NCBI GenBank assembly: GCA_000004985.1
Contig: GG738850.1
DNA length: 64,000 bases
Reading direction: 5' to 3' (one strand)
Source of the DNA: Naegleria gruberi
Lineage: Eukaryota
Below the pieces are notes generated by a model, which did no database searches, was not told the origin of the DNA, and was given only the letters and a program-made list of their open reading frames with translations. The translations under genes were made by a program, and so were the position numbers. Positions 32,074 through 42,064 of the stretch are shown here, one piece after another (position 1 is the stretch's first letter; the number at the start of each line of letters is the position of its first letter).

Positions 32074-34920
32074 TTATTGTTTTTGTTCTTCTGTTTTCTT
32101 TTCTTCTTCAGCCTTCTTCTTTGCTGCTTCTTCTTCCTCTAATTCCTTTTGTTGGAAATCTTTGGTCTTCAAATAAGCATCGAATTGAGCATCATTACCA
32201 AATGGTCTATGACCGAGCACATCAACCATGTCTTGCGCATCAATCTTTTCCTTTTCCAGTAATAATTTGGCAACTGAAACCATACCATCTTTGTGTTTCA
32301 TCAAGAGTTCTTCAGTTCTTTGATAAGCTTCAACAACCATTCTCTTAATTTCATGATCAATTAATCTAGCTGTTTGGGCACTGTATGGTTTTTCAGCTTG
32401 GAATCCATCATTTGTATCTGGGAATGAAACGTTACCAATCTTATCACTCATACCATACTTAGTAATCATTTGACTGGCAATTTCAGTGACCTTTTGTAAA
32501 TCGTTTTGAGCACCAGTTGACAAGTGACCGAATATTATCTTTTCAGCAGCTCTACCACCAAGAGCAAGACACATAAAGTCAAATAATTGTTCCTTTGTAG
32601 TAATATATCTTTCTGATGGAAGGTATTGAGCATAACCCAAAGCACCTGAACCTCTTGGTACAATGGAAACCTTCAAAAGTGGGTCAGTATGTTCCAAATA
32701 CCAACCAGCAACAGCGTGACCAGCTTCGTGGTGAGCAACAATGTTTCTTTCTTCTGGAGATAAAACCTTATTCTTCTTTTCCAAACCACCGATAATCTTA
32801 TCAATAGCTTGTTCGAAATGACGCATTGTAACATGATCAGATCCTTCTCTAGATGCAATAAGAGCTGCTTCGTTACAAACGTTAGCAATATCAGCACCAG
32901 AGAAACCTGGAGTAAGAGTAGCAAGACGAGTAGCGTATTCCTCTGCTGGTTTAGCCAAAACAATACCCTTCATGTGAACCTTGAAGATTTCTTCTCTACC
33001 CTTAATGTCAGCAATTGAAACATCAATGGATCTATCAAAACGACCAGGTCTTGTAAGAGCCTTATCCAAAATTTCAGATCTGTTTGTAGCGGCCAAGACA
33101 ACTACACCAGTAGCTGGAGTAAAACCGTCCATTTCAACAAGCAATTGATTGAGAGTATTTTCTCTTTCATCGTTTCTACCCATGAATTTACCTGTGCCTC
33201 TTTGTCTACCTACAGCATCAATTTCATCAATGAAAATAATAGATGGAGCATTATCCTTAGCTTCTTTGAATAATTTACGAACTCTTGCTGGACCAACACC
33301 AACAACCATTTCAACAAATTCAGAACCGGAAATACTATAGAATGGAACACCAGCCTCACCAGCAACTGCCTTTGCCAACAATGTCTTACCAGTACCTGGA
33401 GGACCAACAAGCAATGCACCCTTTGGAATTCTAGCACCAATATCTCTGAACTTCTTTGGATTCTTCAAAAAGTCGACAAATTCTGTAATTTCTCTCTTGG
33501 CTTCATCGAGACCAGCAACATCTTTGAATTTTACAGAGTGTTGAGATGTAGCCTTAAATGATTTGGTGAACATATTAGTTGGATCCATAGCTCCTAAACC
33601 ACCACCTCTTCCTGGCATTCTCTTGTAAGCATAGTACAATAAACTACCAATAATGAGCAAATGAATAGCTGCTTGAATGGTTTGAGCAAAGTTCTTTTGT
33701 TCCTTTCCTGAATAGAAAATTTCAATACCAGAAACTTGAACACCATTTTGGTGCATTTCTTCCAATAAATCATAATATCTTCTTTCAAAGCTATCACCAC
33801 CAAATCCAATGCTGTATTCTCTTCCTTCCTTTGTTGTGACTGTTGTAGAGCGTTCAAGAATAGTGATCTTACGAACGTTTTGAGTTCTCAAATCTTGACT
33901 GAAATCATCAAAAGATGCTGTATAACCAGTTCCTTGATGTAATTGTTGGTATGAAGTGGCAATCATGATCAAAGTGACGAAAAGCATACCATAGAACATG
34001 TAGTCCAATACGCTCATTTTTGGTTTGTCTTTTTCTTCTCCTGATTCTTGCTTTACTGTTTCAGTTTTAACTTCTTCCTTTGGCTTAATCGTACCCAATT
34101 TCAAGTTTGAATGGACAGATTCTCCTTTTTTGACCTCGTGTGAAATAATTTTACCCTTTTCGGCAGCTCTGACATTAATTCTTTGAGGAGTATCTTCATC
34201 TGTATATTTGACTTCAATTTCAGCAATAACTTCACCTTCAAAAACTTCATCTTCAACAAATTTGAACCATTTGTTAATGTATGCGCTTTCAACATTATCT
34301 CCCAAGTGTGGAACAGTAATATCAATTTTAGCTGGCTTCTTTTCCTTCTTTTCATCATTTTCTTTTTCTTCCTTGTCCTTCTGTTCCTTCTTTTCTTTCT
34401 TTTCTTTCTTTTCTTTCTTCTCTTCAGATTTCTTTTCGGAAGTCTTTTCCTCCTGTTCAACTTTTTCTTCAGTTTCGGAAGTCTTTTCCTCCTTCTTTTC
34501 TTCCTTCTTTACTTCCTCTTTTTGATCCGATTCAGATGATTCCTTTCGTTTAAAGTTACCAAATCCTTTTGGTGTTGAATAGAATCTTTTAGATACAAAA
34601 TTGGTCAATACAAAGTTGATGTTTTTCTTAGAGAAAATATTTCTTTCTGTTTTTCTAGACAAAGGATATGAACTCTTTTCACTAGTATTAATATATTCAA
34701 TATTTCCGTATGATGAAAGATATTCTTGTTGGAATGATGGAAGACGATTAATTACAGCCATAATATTCTTAAAAGATGAATATCTTAAATTAAATAAACC
34801 ATTATTACTATTCACTAATCCACTTCTTTCCCATAATTTTTCAGCCCAAGCAGGTAAGTTGATTCGATTCATCAACGAACCAGCCTGCAAACCCACGGCC
34901 TTCATTTGTTGTTGGAACAT
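32074..34920 (-). CDS. Mitochondrial m-AAA protease (FtsH/AFG3L2/Yta12 family) with a Lys/Glu-rich N-terminal extension, 948 aa
   Basis: AAA+ Walker A (GPPGTGKTLLAKAVAGEAGVPF), Walker B (IIFIDEIDAV), second region of homology (ATNRSEILDKALTRPGRFDR), zinc-metalloprotease HEAGHA, and two TM segments flanking an intermembrane-space domain. N-terminal presequence-like start. The 34100-34540 region encodes an EKKEEKK low-complexity tract. Confidence 0.9.
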   Translation of the reverse strand: MFQQQMKAVGLQAGSLMNRINLPAWAEKLWERSGLVNSNNGLFNLRYSSFKNIMAVINRLPSFQQEYLSSYGNIEYINTSEKSSYPLSRKTERNIFSKKNINFVLTNFVSKRFYSTPKGFGNFKRKESSESDQKEEVKKEEKKEEKTSETEEKVEQEEKTSEKKSEEKKEKKEKKEKKEQKDKEEKENDEKKEKKPAKIDITVPHLGDNVESAYINKWFKFVEDEVFEGEVIAEIEVKYTDEDTPQRINVRAAEKGKIISHEVKKGESVHSNLKLGTIKPKEEVKTETVKQESGEEKDKPKMSVLDYMFYGMLFVTLIMIATSYQQLHQGTGYTASFDDFSQDLRTQNVRKITILERSTTVTTKEGREYSIGFGGDSFERRYYDLLEEMHQNGVQVSGIEIFYSGKEQKNFAQTIQAAIHLLIIGSLLYYAYKRMPGRGGGLGAMDPTNMFTKSFKATSQHSVKFKDVAGLDEAKREITEFVDFLKNPKKFRDIGARIPKGALLVGPPGTGKTLLAKAVAGEAGVPFYSISGSEFVEMVVGVGPARVRKLFKEAKDNAPSIIFIDEIDAVGRQRGTGKFMGRNDERENTLNQLLVEMDGFTPATGVVVLAATNRSEILDKALTRPGRFDRSIDVSIADIKGREEIFKVHMKGIVLAKPAEEYATRLATLTPGFSGADIANVCNEAALIASREGSDHVTMRHFEQAIDKIIGGLEKKNKVLSPEERNIVAHHEAGHAVAGWYLEHTDPLLKVSIVPRGSGALGYAQYLPSERYITTKEQLFDFMCLALGGRAAEKIIFGHLSTGAQNDLQKVTEIASQMITKYGMSDKIGNVSFPDTNDGFQAEKPYSAQTARLIDHEIKRMVVEAYQRTEELLMKHKDGMVSVAKLLLEKEKIDAQDMVDVLGHRPFGNDAQFDAYLKTKDFQQKELEEEEAAKKKAEEEKKTEEQKQ

Positions 34921-36225
34921 TTTTTATTTAAAGATTCTCCAAAAATACATTGGCTGCCACCGCTTATTCAATCAAAACACAATCGGGCGGTGTAATTTTT
35001 TTGAGTGAAAATGTGCTTTTTGAAAAACAATGCACTTCCATCTCTTCAAAATAATCCTTCAAGGATGAATTCATACAGGTGTAAGGATCATTCTTATTGA
35101 TTGAGAGGATTTTTTGTTAATGGCCGATGCACTGTTGAATTGGTTGAAGGGTTTATTGAGGATAAACCCTTTAAATTGAATATTAAATTTATGGATTTCC
35201 TCAGGAGTTTCTGTAAAATAATCAACAGCCATTGCCTCAATTAGAATAATGACAATCTCAAGAATTATCATTGTAATTGGTTTATTATTTGGGCATTCTA
35301 TTGATTTGATGGACGGGAAGCCTGCCAGGAATATGGCGACAATCCCGCTACAGTCTTTGACTGTATGAACAGTGAAGGCAACTAGACGAATCTTGTTGGT
35401 TCAGTAAGGTTTGTTGAAGAAATTGAAAGGGTTGATCACCTTCGTATTTATTGAACATTCTATGTTGCATTGGTTGGTGCAAATTTTGGTATAACATTTT
35501 CTTTATCAAATCGAAATTGAAACTTCATCTTTCTCAACATTTTGTGTTAATCATTGTAAATAAAACCAAAAAGTTACTCGATTCTTCCATCCATTATTCT
35601 TTCCTTCGAATTCCTCTTAATCTCCTTATCATAAACTATGATATTTTAAGATACAACTTCCAAAGTAATAGTTATGCCAGTGTATTCAAATGTTTTACTA
35701 ATGAGCATGTTGTTATTAATCCTCATATTGAATCATCAATTTGTTAAAATGTGATGAATTCCTATTTGAAGAGATATCTTTGATCACAACTTCCAATCAT
35801 GCAAAGAGCATGCTTACATGTACATGTAGTACAGCTAATTTTTTCGTTATACTAATAGGTAATTTTATTTGTTACACTGAGTTCCAAACTAATTATTTTA
35901 AGCAGCACTATCATGACGGTTAAATGAGAATATTGTAAACTTGTATCCTCCCTTTTTCCATATCCAATTTTTGGTGTTCGATAGTTAGATGATACTGAGG
36001 TGTTACCATTCCTCTTACTGACTTCTCAATAAGGTTGTTCCACAAATGTTCAACCAATTCAATTCTCAGAAAACCATTGAACTCTAATAAACTCCATTGT
36101 AACTATTGTAATCTTACTCATTAAAAACTGCTATAAATTCAATTTACCATTCATTGGATGATTAAACAAATCAAAAAACAAATTCAATATTTGAAAAAAC
36201 TCAAAAGCTATTGAAATCTAAAGAA

Positions 36226-36762
36226 ATGACTGAACAAACTCACGAAGAATTATTCAACCAAAACGTATGTGGAAGTGGTTTGGCATTCAAGAAGGTAGTT
36301 CGTGAATTATTCAACAATCGTATTGTTCCTGCAACCAAGAATCTTCAACAAGTCAATCCAAAGATGCTCATCTTGTTGGATTGGGCTTCTCTTGCTGCAT
36401 TGCCAACTGAAACCAAGTACAAGTATGGTGATAGATTTGCTGAAGATACCTTGTTGAATAATTGCATCAAATTCTTAACCGAATGTCCAAGATTGAGTAA
36501 TATGAGTGAAATTGCCAAGGTTTTCATCAAGGATCCTGATTGTAAGGATGCTTTCATGGGATTGGAAAAATTGATTTTCAGAGTTGTTCACAATGCTGAT
36601 AGTAAGGATTCTTCTGGTTTCCTTGGCTATTCTTACAAGGTTAATGGAGCTGATTTGGTAGTCACTTTGGAATGTAATTTGACTCTTGTTATGAAGGTTG
36701 CCAATGAAAGACAAAGTCCTTCTGCTGATTCTGAAGCTAAAAAGTTGATTAATGCTTTCTAA
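36226..36762 (+). CDS. Conserved-looking hypothetical protein, 178 aa
   Basis: ATG at 36226 (the track start at 36211 is TTG). A single ORF with balanced composition and no recognisable motif. Confidence 0.45.
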   Translation: MTEQTHEELFNQNVCGSGLAFKKVVRELFNNRIVPATKNLQQVNPKMLILLDWASLAALPTETKYKYGDRFAEDTLLNNCIKFLTECPRLSNMSEIAKVFIKDPDCKDAFMGLEKLIFRVVHNADSKDSSGFLGYSYKVNGADLVVTLECNLTLVMKVANERQSPSADSEAKKLINAF

Positions 36763-37137
36763 TTATGAAAATGGTGGTCCTCAATGCATCAATAAAAACA
36801 TGCTTCCAACTTTGAAGCATATGTTGATAATAAGTAAAATCTTTATTTGCAAAAAGACTACAGCACCACAGGTTCCCAAGTTGTCTCCAACCTCAGTACT
36901 GATGTGGCTCGACGATGCTTAACTTCTCAAATCGGACGGGATGAGGTGCATGAATCGTGATATGGCTGTAGCATTCACTTTCGCAATTTCTGAAATTTTA
37001 ATCTAGCACAATCAGTTTTTGTTTCATTTATTGAGCCTTTTTCAAATTAATTATGGAAACAAACCTCTGTCATTCACCACCGAATGTTTTCTTTTTGGAT
37101 GGAATTACTTAGAATAATTTATTCTATTGACCAGATA

Positions 37138-37968
37138 TTAGAGTTTCATTGAAGAAATGATGGATTTTCTCGTGTTATTTCCATCTAACAAACTCTTGAA
37201 TTCTTGTGTGAAAGAAGAAATGAGAGGAAGTGCTTCTTCCAACCATAAACATTGCTCTGTAATCTTGAAAGAGGTATCACAGTTGACAGTACCAATTTCT
37301 AGAGGAGGATCATGCTTGGCAATAAATTCTCTATTAACATCAAGCTCCTGAACAATATCATATTTTGAAGGATGTGAAAGAGCATTTGGCCCAAACACAA
37401 GAAAACCTCTTTGTAAAGATTCTAAATGGAAAATATCATTAACTTCAGGCATGAGATCAATATAAATAATTTCGCCACTTTTCATTTGAATTGAGAAAAT
37501 ATGGTGATCATCTCCCCATCTACTCAAAGCACCTCCTCTATAAGATGGTGCAGTATTCCAATTTACAGTACTACACCTAACCATTGTTTTTTGAATTCCA
37601 ATCTTCTCAATTTCTTCTCCATTCCATTTGAAAATTATTCCACCTTGTTGCACCTTGTTAAACAATGAACAAAATGCTAAAACATTTAAAATTCCCTTAC
37701 TTCTTTCACATCCCATCACATATTTGTTATATAAAGGAATGGACATGTCAGGATTTGCCAAGTAGAAAATTTCAGGTTTAGTAATTGTAAACTTGGATGA
37801 TTCTGCAGTAGGATCAAAATTATCTTCTAAAATCCATGTTGTATGGTGTGATTTTTGTTGGATTCTCCTCAGTGATTGATCAGTCGAGAAGGTGGATCGG
37901 AGCACTTTTCCGAGAGTAATCAACTCTTGATGTAAATCAACTTCTCCTGCTACTTGTGATGGAATCAT
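37138..37968 (-). CDS. Hypothetical protein, possibly a UFM1-specific protease-like cysteine peptidase (C78 family), 276 aa
   Basis: ATG at 37968. YNKYVMGCERSKGILNVLAFC resembles the UfSP catalytic Cys box (D.GWGCAYR.LQT), followed by a GG-containing strand (QQGGIIFKWNGEE) and GDDHHIF. The assignment is tentative. Confidence 0.35.
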   Translation of the reverse strand: MIPSQVAGEVDLHQELITLGKVLRSTFSTDQSLRRIQQKSHHTTWILEDNFDPTAESSKFTITKPEIFYLANPDMSIPLYNKYVMGCERSKGILNVLAFCSLFNKVQQGGIIFKWNGEEIEKIGIQKTMVRCSTVNWNTAPSYRGGALSRWGDDHHIFSIQMKSGEIIYIDLMPEVNDIFHLESLQRGFLVFGPNALSHPSKYDIVQELDVNREFIAKHDPPLEIGTVNCDTSFKITEQCLWLEEALPLISSFTQEFKSLLDGNNTRKSIISSMKL

Positions 37969-38025
37969 TTTTTATTAAATTATTATTTTAATATTTGATA
38001 TTGAATTAAATTACAAAAAATTGTG

Positions 38026-38916
38026 ATGATATCTGCCAACAGCCGTGACACACAAACTTCAAAACAAAATTCCATTGTTGTGGAGAACAATCAATCCAAT
38101 GAAGATCAAGATGAAAAGGAAAAATTAAATAATATTCAACAAGATTCATCCAACAACAAATCAATTCCTCCTATCAATCATGAATCCCGAACAACACATT
38201 CATCATCATCATGGAATTTCATTCTCCTCTCCCTCCTCTTCATCACTATAGAATTGATCATTTATTTATATAACAACAAGATTGCTTCCTACTTATTAAT
38301 TGCTACCAATTGTTCATCATCATCAGAACAATCTCCTGAATTTTCTACTATTAGTTGTTTGTCTCCGAGGAGAGTTATCTATGGCTGGTCATCAAATGCT
38401 CAACCTCAAATTCTACTTTCAATTCTTCTCTATCCAATTATCTTTCCCAATTGGATTACATTAATAGTTGGTTTGATTATTCTCTATTCAATTCGTGAGA
38501 GTGATTCATTCTCAAAGCCTTCGATTTTTAAGCATTTAATTAGACTCTATCAGATACAATATAGTACTTTTATTATTAGGATGGTGTTATCTTTCATTAG
38601 ATTTAGAGCATTTGGATGGACAGAGGATTTATTGTGGGCCTTTGATGCTCATCATTTTGTTTCGTGTAATATGGGAGGAACAAGTTTTATATTGTATCAT
38701 CTTGTGAAATACTTTTCTGATGTGAGTAGTCAGCAACATGGTGGAATATTGAAAATGATTGTACCAGCCTTTATTGCTTTTATTCTTCACTTTACAAGTC
38801 ATTTACCACTTGCATATATTCCTATGGTTTCGTCCACTTTCGCGAACCAGATTCCTTCCAACTATTTGATTGATCACATATCTGCCATCATACTAACCAT
38901 TGTATTCTCAGAATAA
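38026..38916 (+). CDS. Polytopic membrane protein of about 295 aa, unknown function
   Basis: ATG at 38026 (the track start at 38023 is GTG). A polar N-terminus is followed by at least six hydrophobic segments. It is a divergent neighbour of the 37138-37968 gene; the start codons are only 57 nt apart. Confidence 0.5.
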   Translation: MISANSRDTQTSKQNSIVVENNQSNEDQDEKEKLNNIQQDSSNNKSIPPINHESRTTHSSSSWNFILLSLLFITIELIIYLYNNKIASYLLIATNCSSSSEQSPEFSTISCLSPRRVIYGWSSNAQPQILLSILLYPIIFPNWITLIVGLIILYSIRESDSFSKPSIFKHLIRLYQIQYSTFIIRMVLSFIRFRAFGWTEDLLWAFDAHHFVSCNMGGTSFILYHLVKYFSDVSSQQHGGILKMIVPAFIAFILHFTSHLPLAYIPMVSSTFANQIPSNYLIDHISAIILTIVFSE

Positions 38917-39045
38917 TTCATTGTAAAATCCAAAAATTGAGAAAATACAACTCTTTGATTTTAAGGCTAAACACAATTTAAGGCTTTTTTCACTCTGATT
39001 CAACTCTCTCTCAATTCTAAAAAAAAATAACTCAATTAATTAACA

Positions 39046-40838
39046 ATGTTTTTTGGAAACGAACTGGTCTCAAAGAAGGGTATGTATTCTGAAAATTTTC
39101 AAAGCCTTACATGTTATTTTCTGTAGAACCTATCCGAGTATTGTGGTTGGCAGCAACACTTGGAAAGAGAAGTAAAAAGCTGAGTAAGAAGAAGATACTC
39201 GAGGCTAATATTCCATCGTTGACAAGTGAAATTATTGAGAAGGGTAGTAAAATGATCATCTCTTCATCTATTAATGGTCAATCATCAGGTAACATGGATG
39301 GATATGTTGATTATTCTAGTTATTCACTCCGTCTATCAAGTACTCTTCTATTGGGAGTTGTTGTCATCTTTAATAAGAAGGCTCAATATTTACTATCGGA
39401 AGGAAATCAAATGGTTCGTAAGGCTAGACAAATTTCTGTTCGTTTAGATCAAACAACTGACTCGACATTATTGGACAAGAAAGAGGCTAGATTTGAAGCA
39501 ATTACTTTAAAGCCTTTCAAAGATTTCGAATTGATTGCTGACACTTCAGTTTTAACTATGGATGAGGAATTGATGGCAAGATGGTATAGATTAGTAGGAG
39601 CAAATAGTAACGGAGAGTGTAATAATGAGGAGTTGAGTAACTTGCAATCATCATCAGCAATAATAGAAGCTGAATTGAATGGATCCAAGACTTTGGAAAA
39701 TGAACAACAGGGTGCTGACATTAGTATGATTAAACCAGTACGTGAGTCTGACATTTTCATGGCTGGATTAGATATCTTCGAAGCTGGTATTGATCCTATG
39801 CATGAGCAACATGAGGAAGACTTGAACAACAATGGTGGCGATCATGAGTTGGGTGGATTGGAAACCTCAATAATTGAGCAAGCTCCTATGATGATAGGGA
39901 ATGATAATGAGCTCGATACTGCATTCACCAATCCAAAGAAGAGAAAGAGAACCTCTGTTGGTAAATTAATTATTGATGACCAAACTCAGATATCAAGCGA
40001 TACTATGCGTTCCATGATACAGGACTGCTCCTCTCTACTAACTACAAGAGGTTCCGTAAAGAACAATCCATTCTCAAAGACTGATGACTGGTTCAGTACA
40101 AACATCTTTTCCAGAGACAAGCTTGATAAGATAACAATGGATAGATTATTCTATACAATTCCATGTGGTTATGACTCAACCAACCGACAGTTCAATAACG
40201 ACTTTTCTAATATTTGCACAAAGAGTTTAAAGAGACGAAAATCCAACGAACCATCTAATGATAACAATAATGCAGCAGTAGAAACATCCAAACAGCTACC
40301 TGATGAAGATATTCAACATCTTAACAATTTCCTTGATGGAGAGCTTGGAGGTATTGATGTAGACATTGAACAACCTAGAGAGGAGCATTTCGATATTCCA
40401 GAAAGACAACTAGATGAAGATGAGTTGACTTCAATATTGCTTAATCCTGGAGACCTTTCTGTATTACTATCACCAAACGGGCCAACATTCCAAAAACAAA
40501 CCTCACCTCAAAAGAGACCATCTCTAATTGCTGACGAAACTGACGAATTGTTAAAGGTATTTGAAGATAACTCTGCAATTCCTGCATATTCTGGATCAAC
40601 AATGGTACCTAAGAGTTGGGGAATGTTGGAATACATGAAAAAGAAGGTTGAAGAGGAATCATTGAACGTGAATAATGGTGGAAAGGTTTATCTGTCATTT
40701 GACAAGCTTATTAGGGAAGGTAACAACACCAAACGGTTGAGGGAAAAAGCAAGCCAAGGTTTTTATCAGTTATTGGTATTGGCCTCAAATAATCATATTG
40801 AGATTAAGAGTTTGGACAAAATTTATGTAAAGCAATAG
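39046..40838 (+). CDS. RAD21: Cohesin kleisin subunit RAD21/REC8 family. Two exons: 39046..39079 and 39127..40838.
   Basis: A 34-nt first exon (MFFGNELVSKK) is joined by a GTATGT...CTGTAG intron (39080-39126, phase 1) to the conserved N-terminal kleisin domain (PIRVLWLAATLGKRSKKLSKKKILEANIPSLTSEII...LLLGVVVIFNKKAQYLLSEGNQ...EARFEAITL). The C-terminus ends in a winged-helix-like QGFYQLLVLASNNHIEIKSLDKIYVKQ. Confidence 0.8.
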
Positions 40839-41010
40839 AAAATACAAATTGCTCATATCTCGAAAGCTTAATGTAACTTGGTAAACACTAATAAAACTAA
40901 TTGAATAAGAATCAAAATCATTGGATTGAAAACAACAAAATATCTAGTCAAATCCAAAACACTCAAATAAAATTCAGAATCAGAGTTCCATGGATTTTTC
41001 TATAAAATTA

Positions 41011-41964
41011 TTAATTTCCAATAATTATTTCACTTAAACTTACCTGAAGCAAATCCTCTTGTTTAGTATTGACAACTTCCTTACAAATTGGGCATGAATC
41101 CTTCTTACCAAGGATCAACCAACCATACAAGCAAAACTCATGGAATTTGTGTTGACAAGATAAAACCTTAGTTTCTTGAATTGTCTTTCTCTTTGATTCT
41201 TGAGCAGCATCACCAGTAATTCTTCTTGTGAATGGTTGATCTGAAGAGCTTTCAAAATCAGCTGCAGATCCACCTCCTTCAAAATCTAAATTGGTATCAT
41301 TCTTTAATTCCTGATTACAAATTCCACAAACATGATGTAATTGAGAAGGTGAAACATAAAACTTATTTCTATCAGCTTCCAAAGATGCACTAATAGCAGT
41401 AGAACAAATTTCACCACAATCTCTAACAAGAACACCAAAATAAAGTCCATAGAAAATCCAAATTTCAGCTGAAGGGAAAATAAATCTTCCAAAATCAGAA
41501 TCCATAAGTAAATATTTGATAATTAAAGTGTGAAATCCAAATAATATTTGTAAAACAAGCATTACTGTTCCGAACAAGACAGAAAAGTGAGAGATTTTGT
41601 AAACTGAGAAAAACCAAACATAAACCTTCTTTGGTGTGTTAGGAGCCAAAGCCCTTCTGAGAGAAATATAACCAAGATAAACTGTAAATAGAGAATAAAC
41701 AAGCCACACAATCATCATTCGTGAAAAGTGTGTCAATCCTCCGATAAATATACAATATATTGCAGGGAATAACCACATTAAAAAGAAGGAAGTCATCACA
41801 TATGAATGTCTATGATATTTCTTCCACAATTGTACAACAAGTTGTAAAACAATAACCATCACAACAACAAAAAGGAAAAATCCAGCAGGAGCTGCCGGAT
41901 GTTGTTCATGTTGATTATGTAATTGTTGGTGTTGTTGCATCACCAAGTCTTGTTGTGATGCCAT
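41011..41964 (-). CDS. Multi-pass membrane RING-H2 E3 ubiquitin ligase (RNF121/RNF175-like), 317 aa
   Basis: Five to six TM helices are followed by a C-terminal RING-H2 (CGICNQEL...CQHKFHEFCLYGWLILGKKDSCPICKE). ATG at 41964. Confidence 0.7.
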   Translation of the reverse strand: MASQQDLVMQQHQQLHNQHEQHPAAPAGFFLFVVVMVIVLQLVVQLWKKYHRHSYVMTSFFLMWLFPAIYCIFIGGLTHFSRMMIVWLVYSLFTVYLGYISLRRALAPNTPKKVYVWFFSVYKISHFSVLFGTVMLVLQILFGFHTLIIKYLLMDSDFGRFIFPSAEIWIFYGLYFGVLVRDCGEICSTAISASLEADRNKFYVSPSQLHHVCGICNQELKNDTNLDFEGGGSAADFESSSDQPFTRRITGDAAQESKRKTIQETKVLSCQHKFHEFCLYGWLILGKKDSCPICKEVVNTKQEDLLQVSLSEIIIGN

Positions 41965-42064
41965 TTTTTAGTATTTTTATATTAAATTCTTAAATATTTC
42001 AGATATTTTGTGATTTTAAAAAAGAAATATCAAAATTATTAACAAAATTGGTTTTTTAAATAAT

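Noticed and set aside
34183-34539. Plus-strand ORFs 34183..34539 and 34208..34525 encoding Phe/Leu/Ser-rich peptides
   Set aside because: They are antisense to the Lys/Glu low-complexity tract of the FtsH gene (the GAA/AAG-rich sense strand gives TTC/CTT antisense). This is a composition artefact, not a gene.
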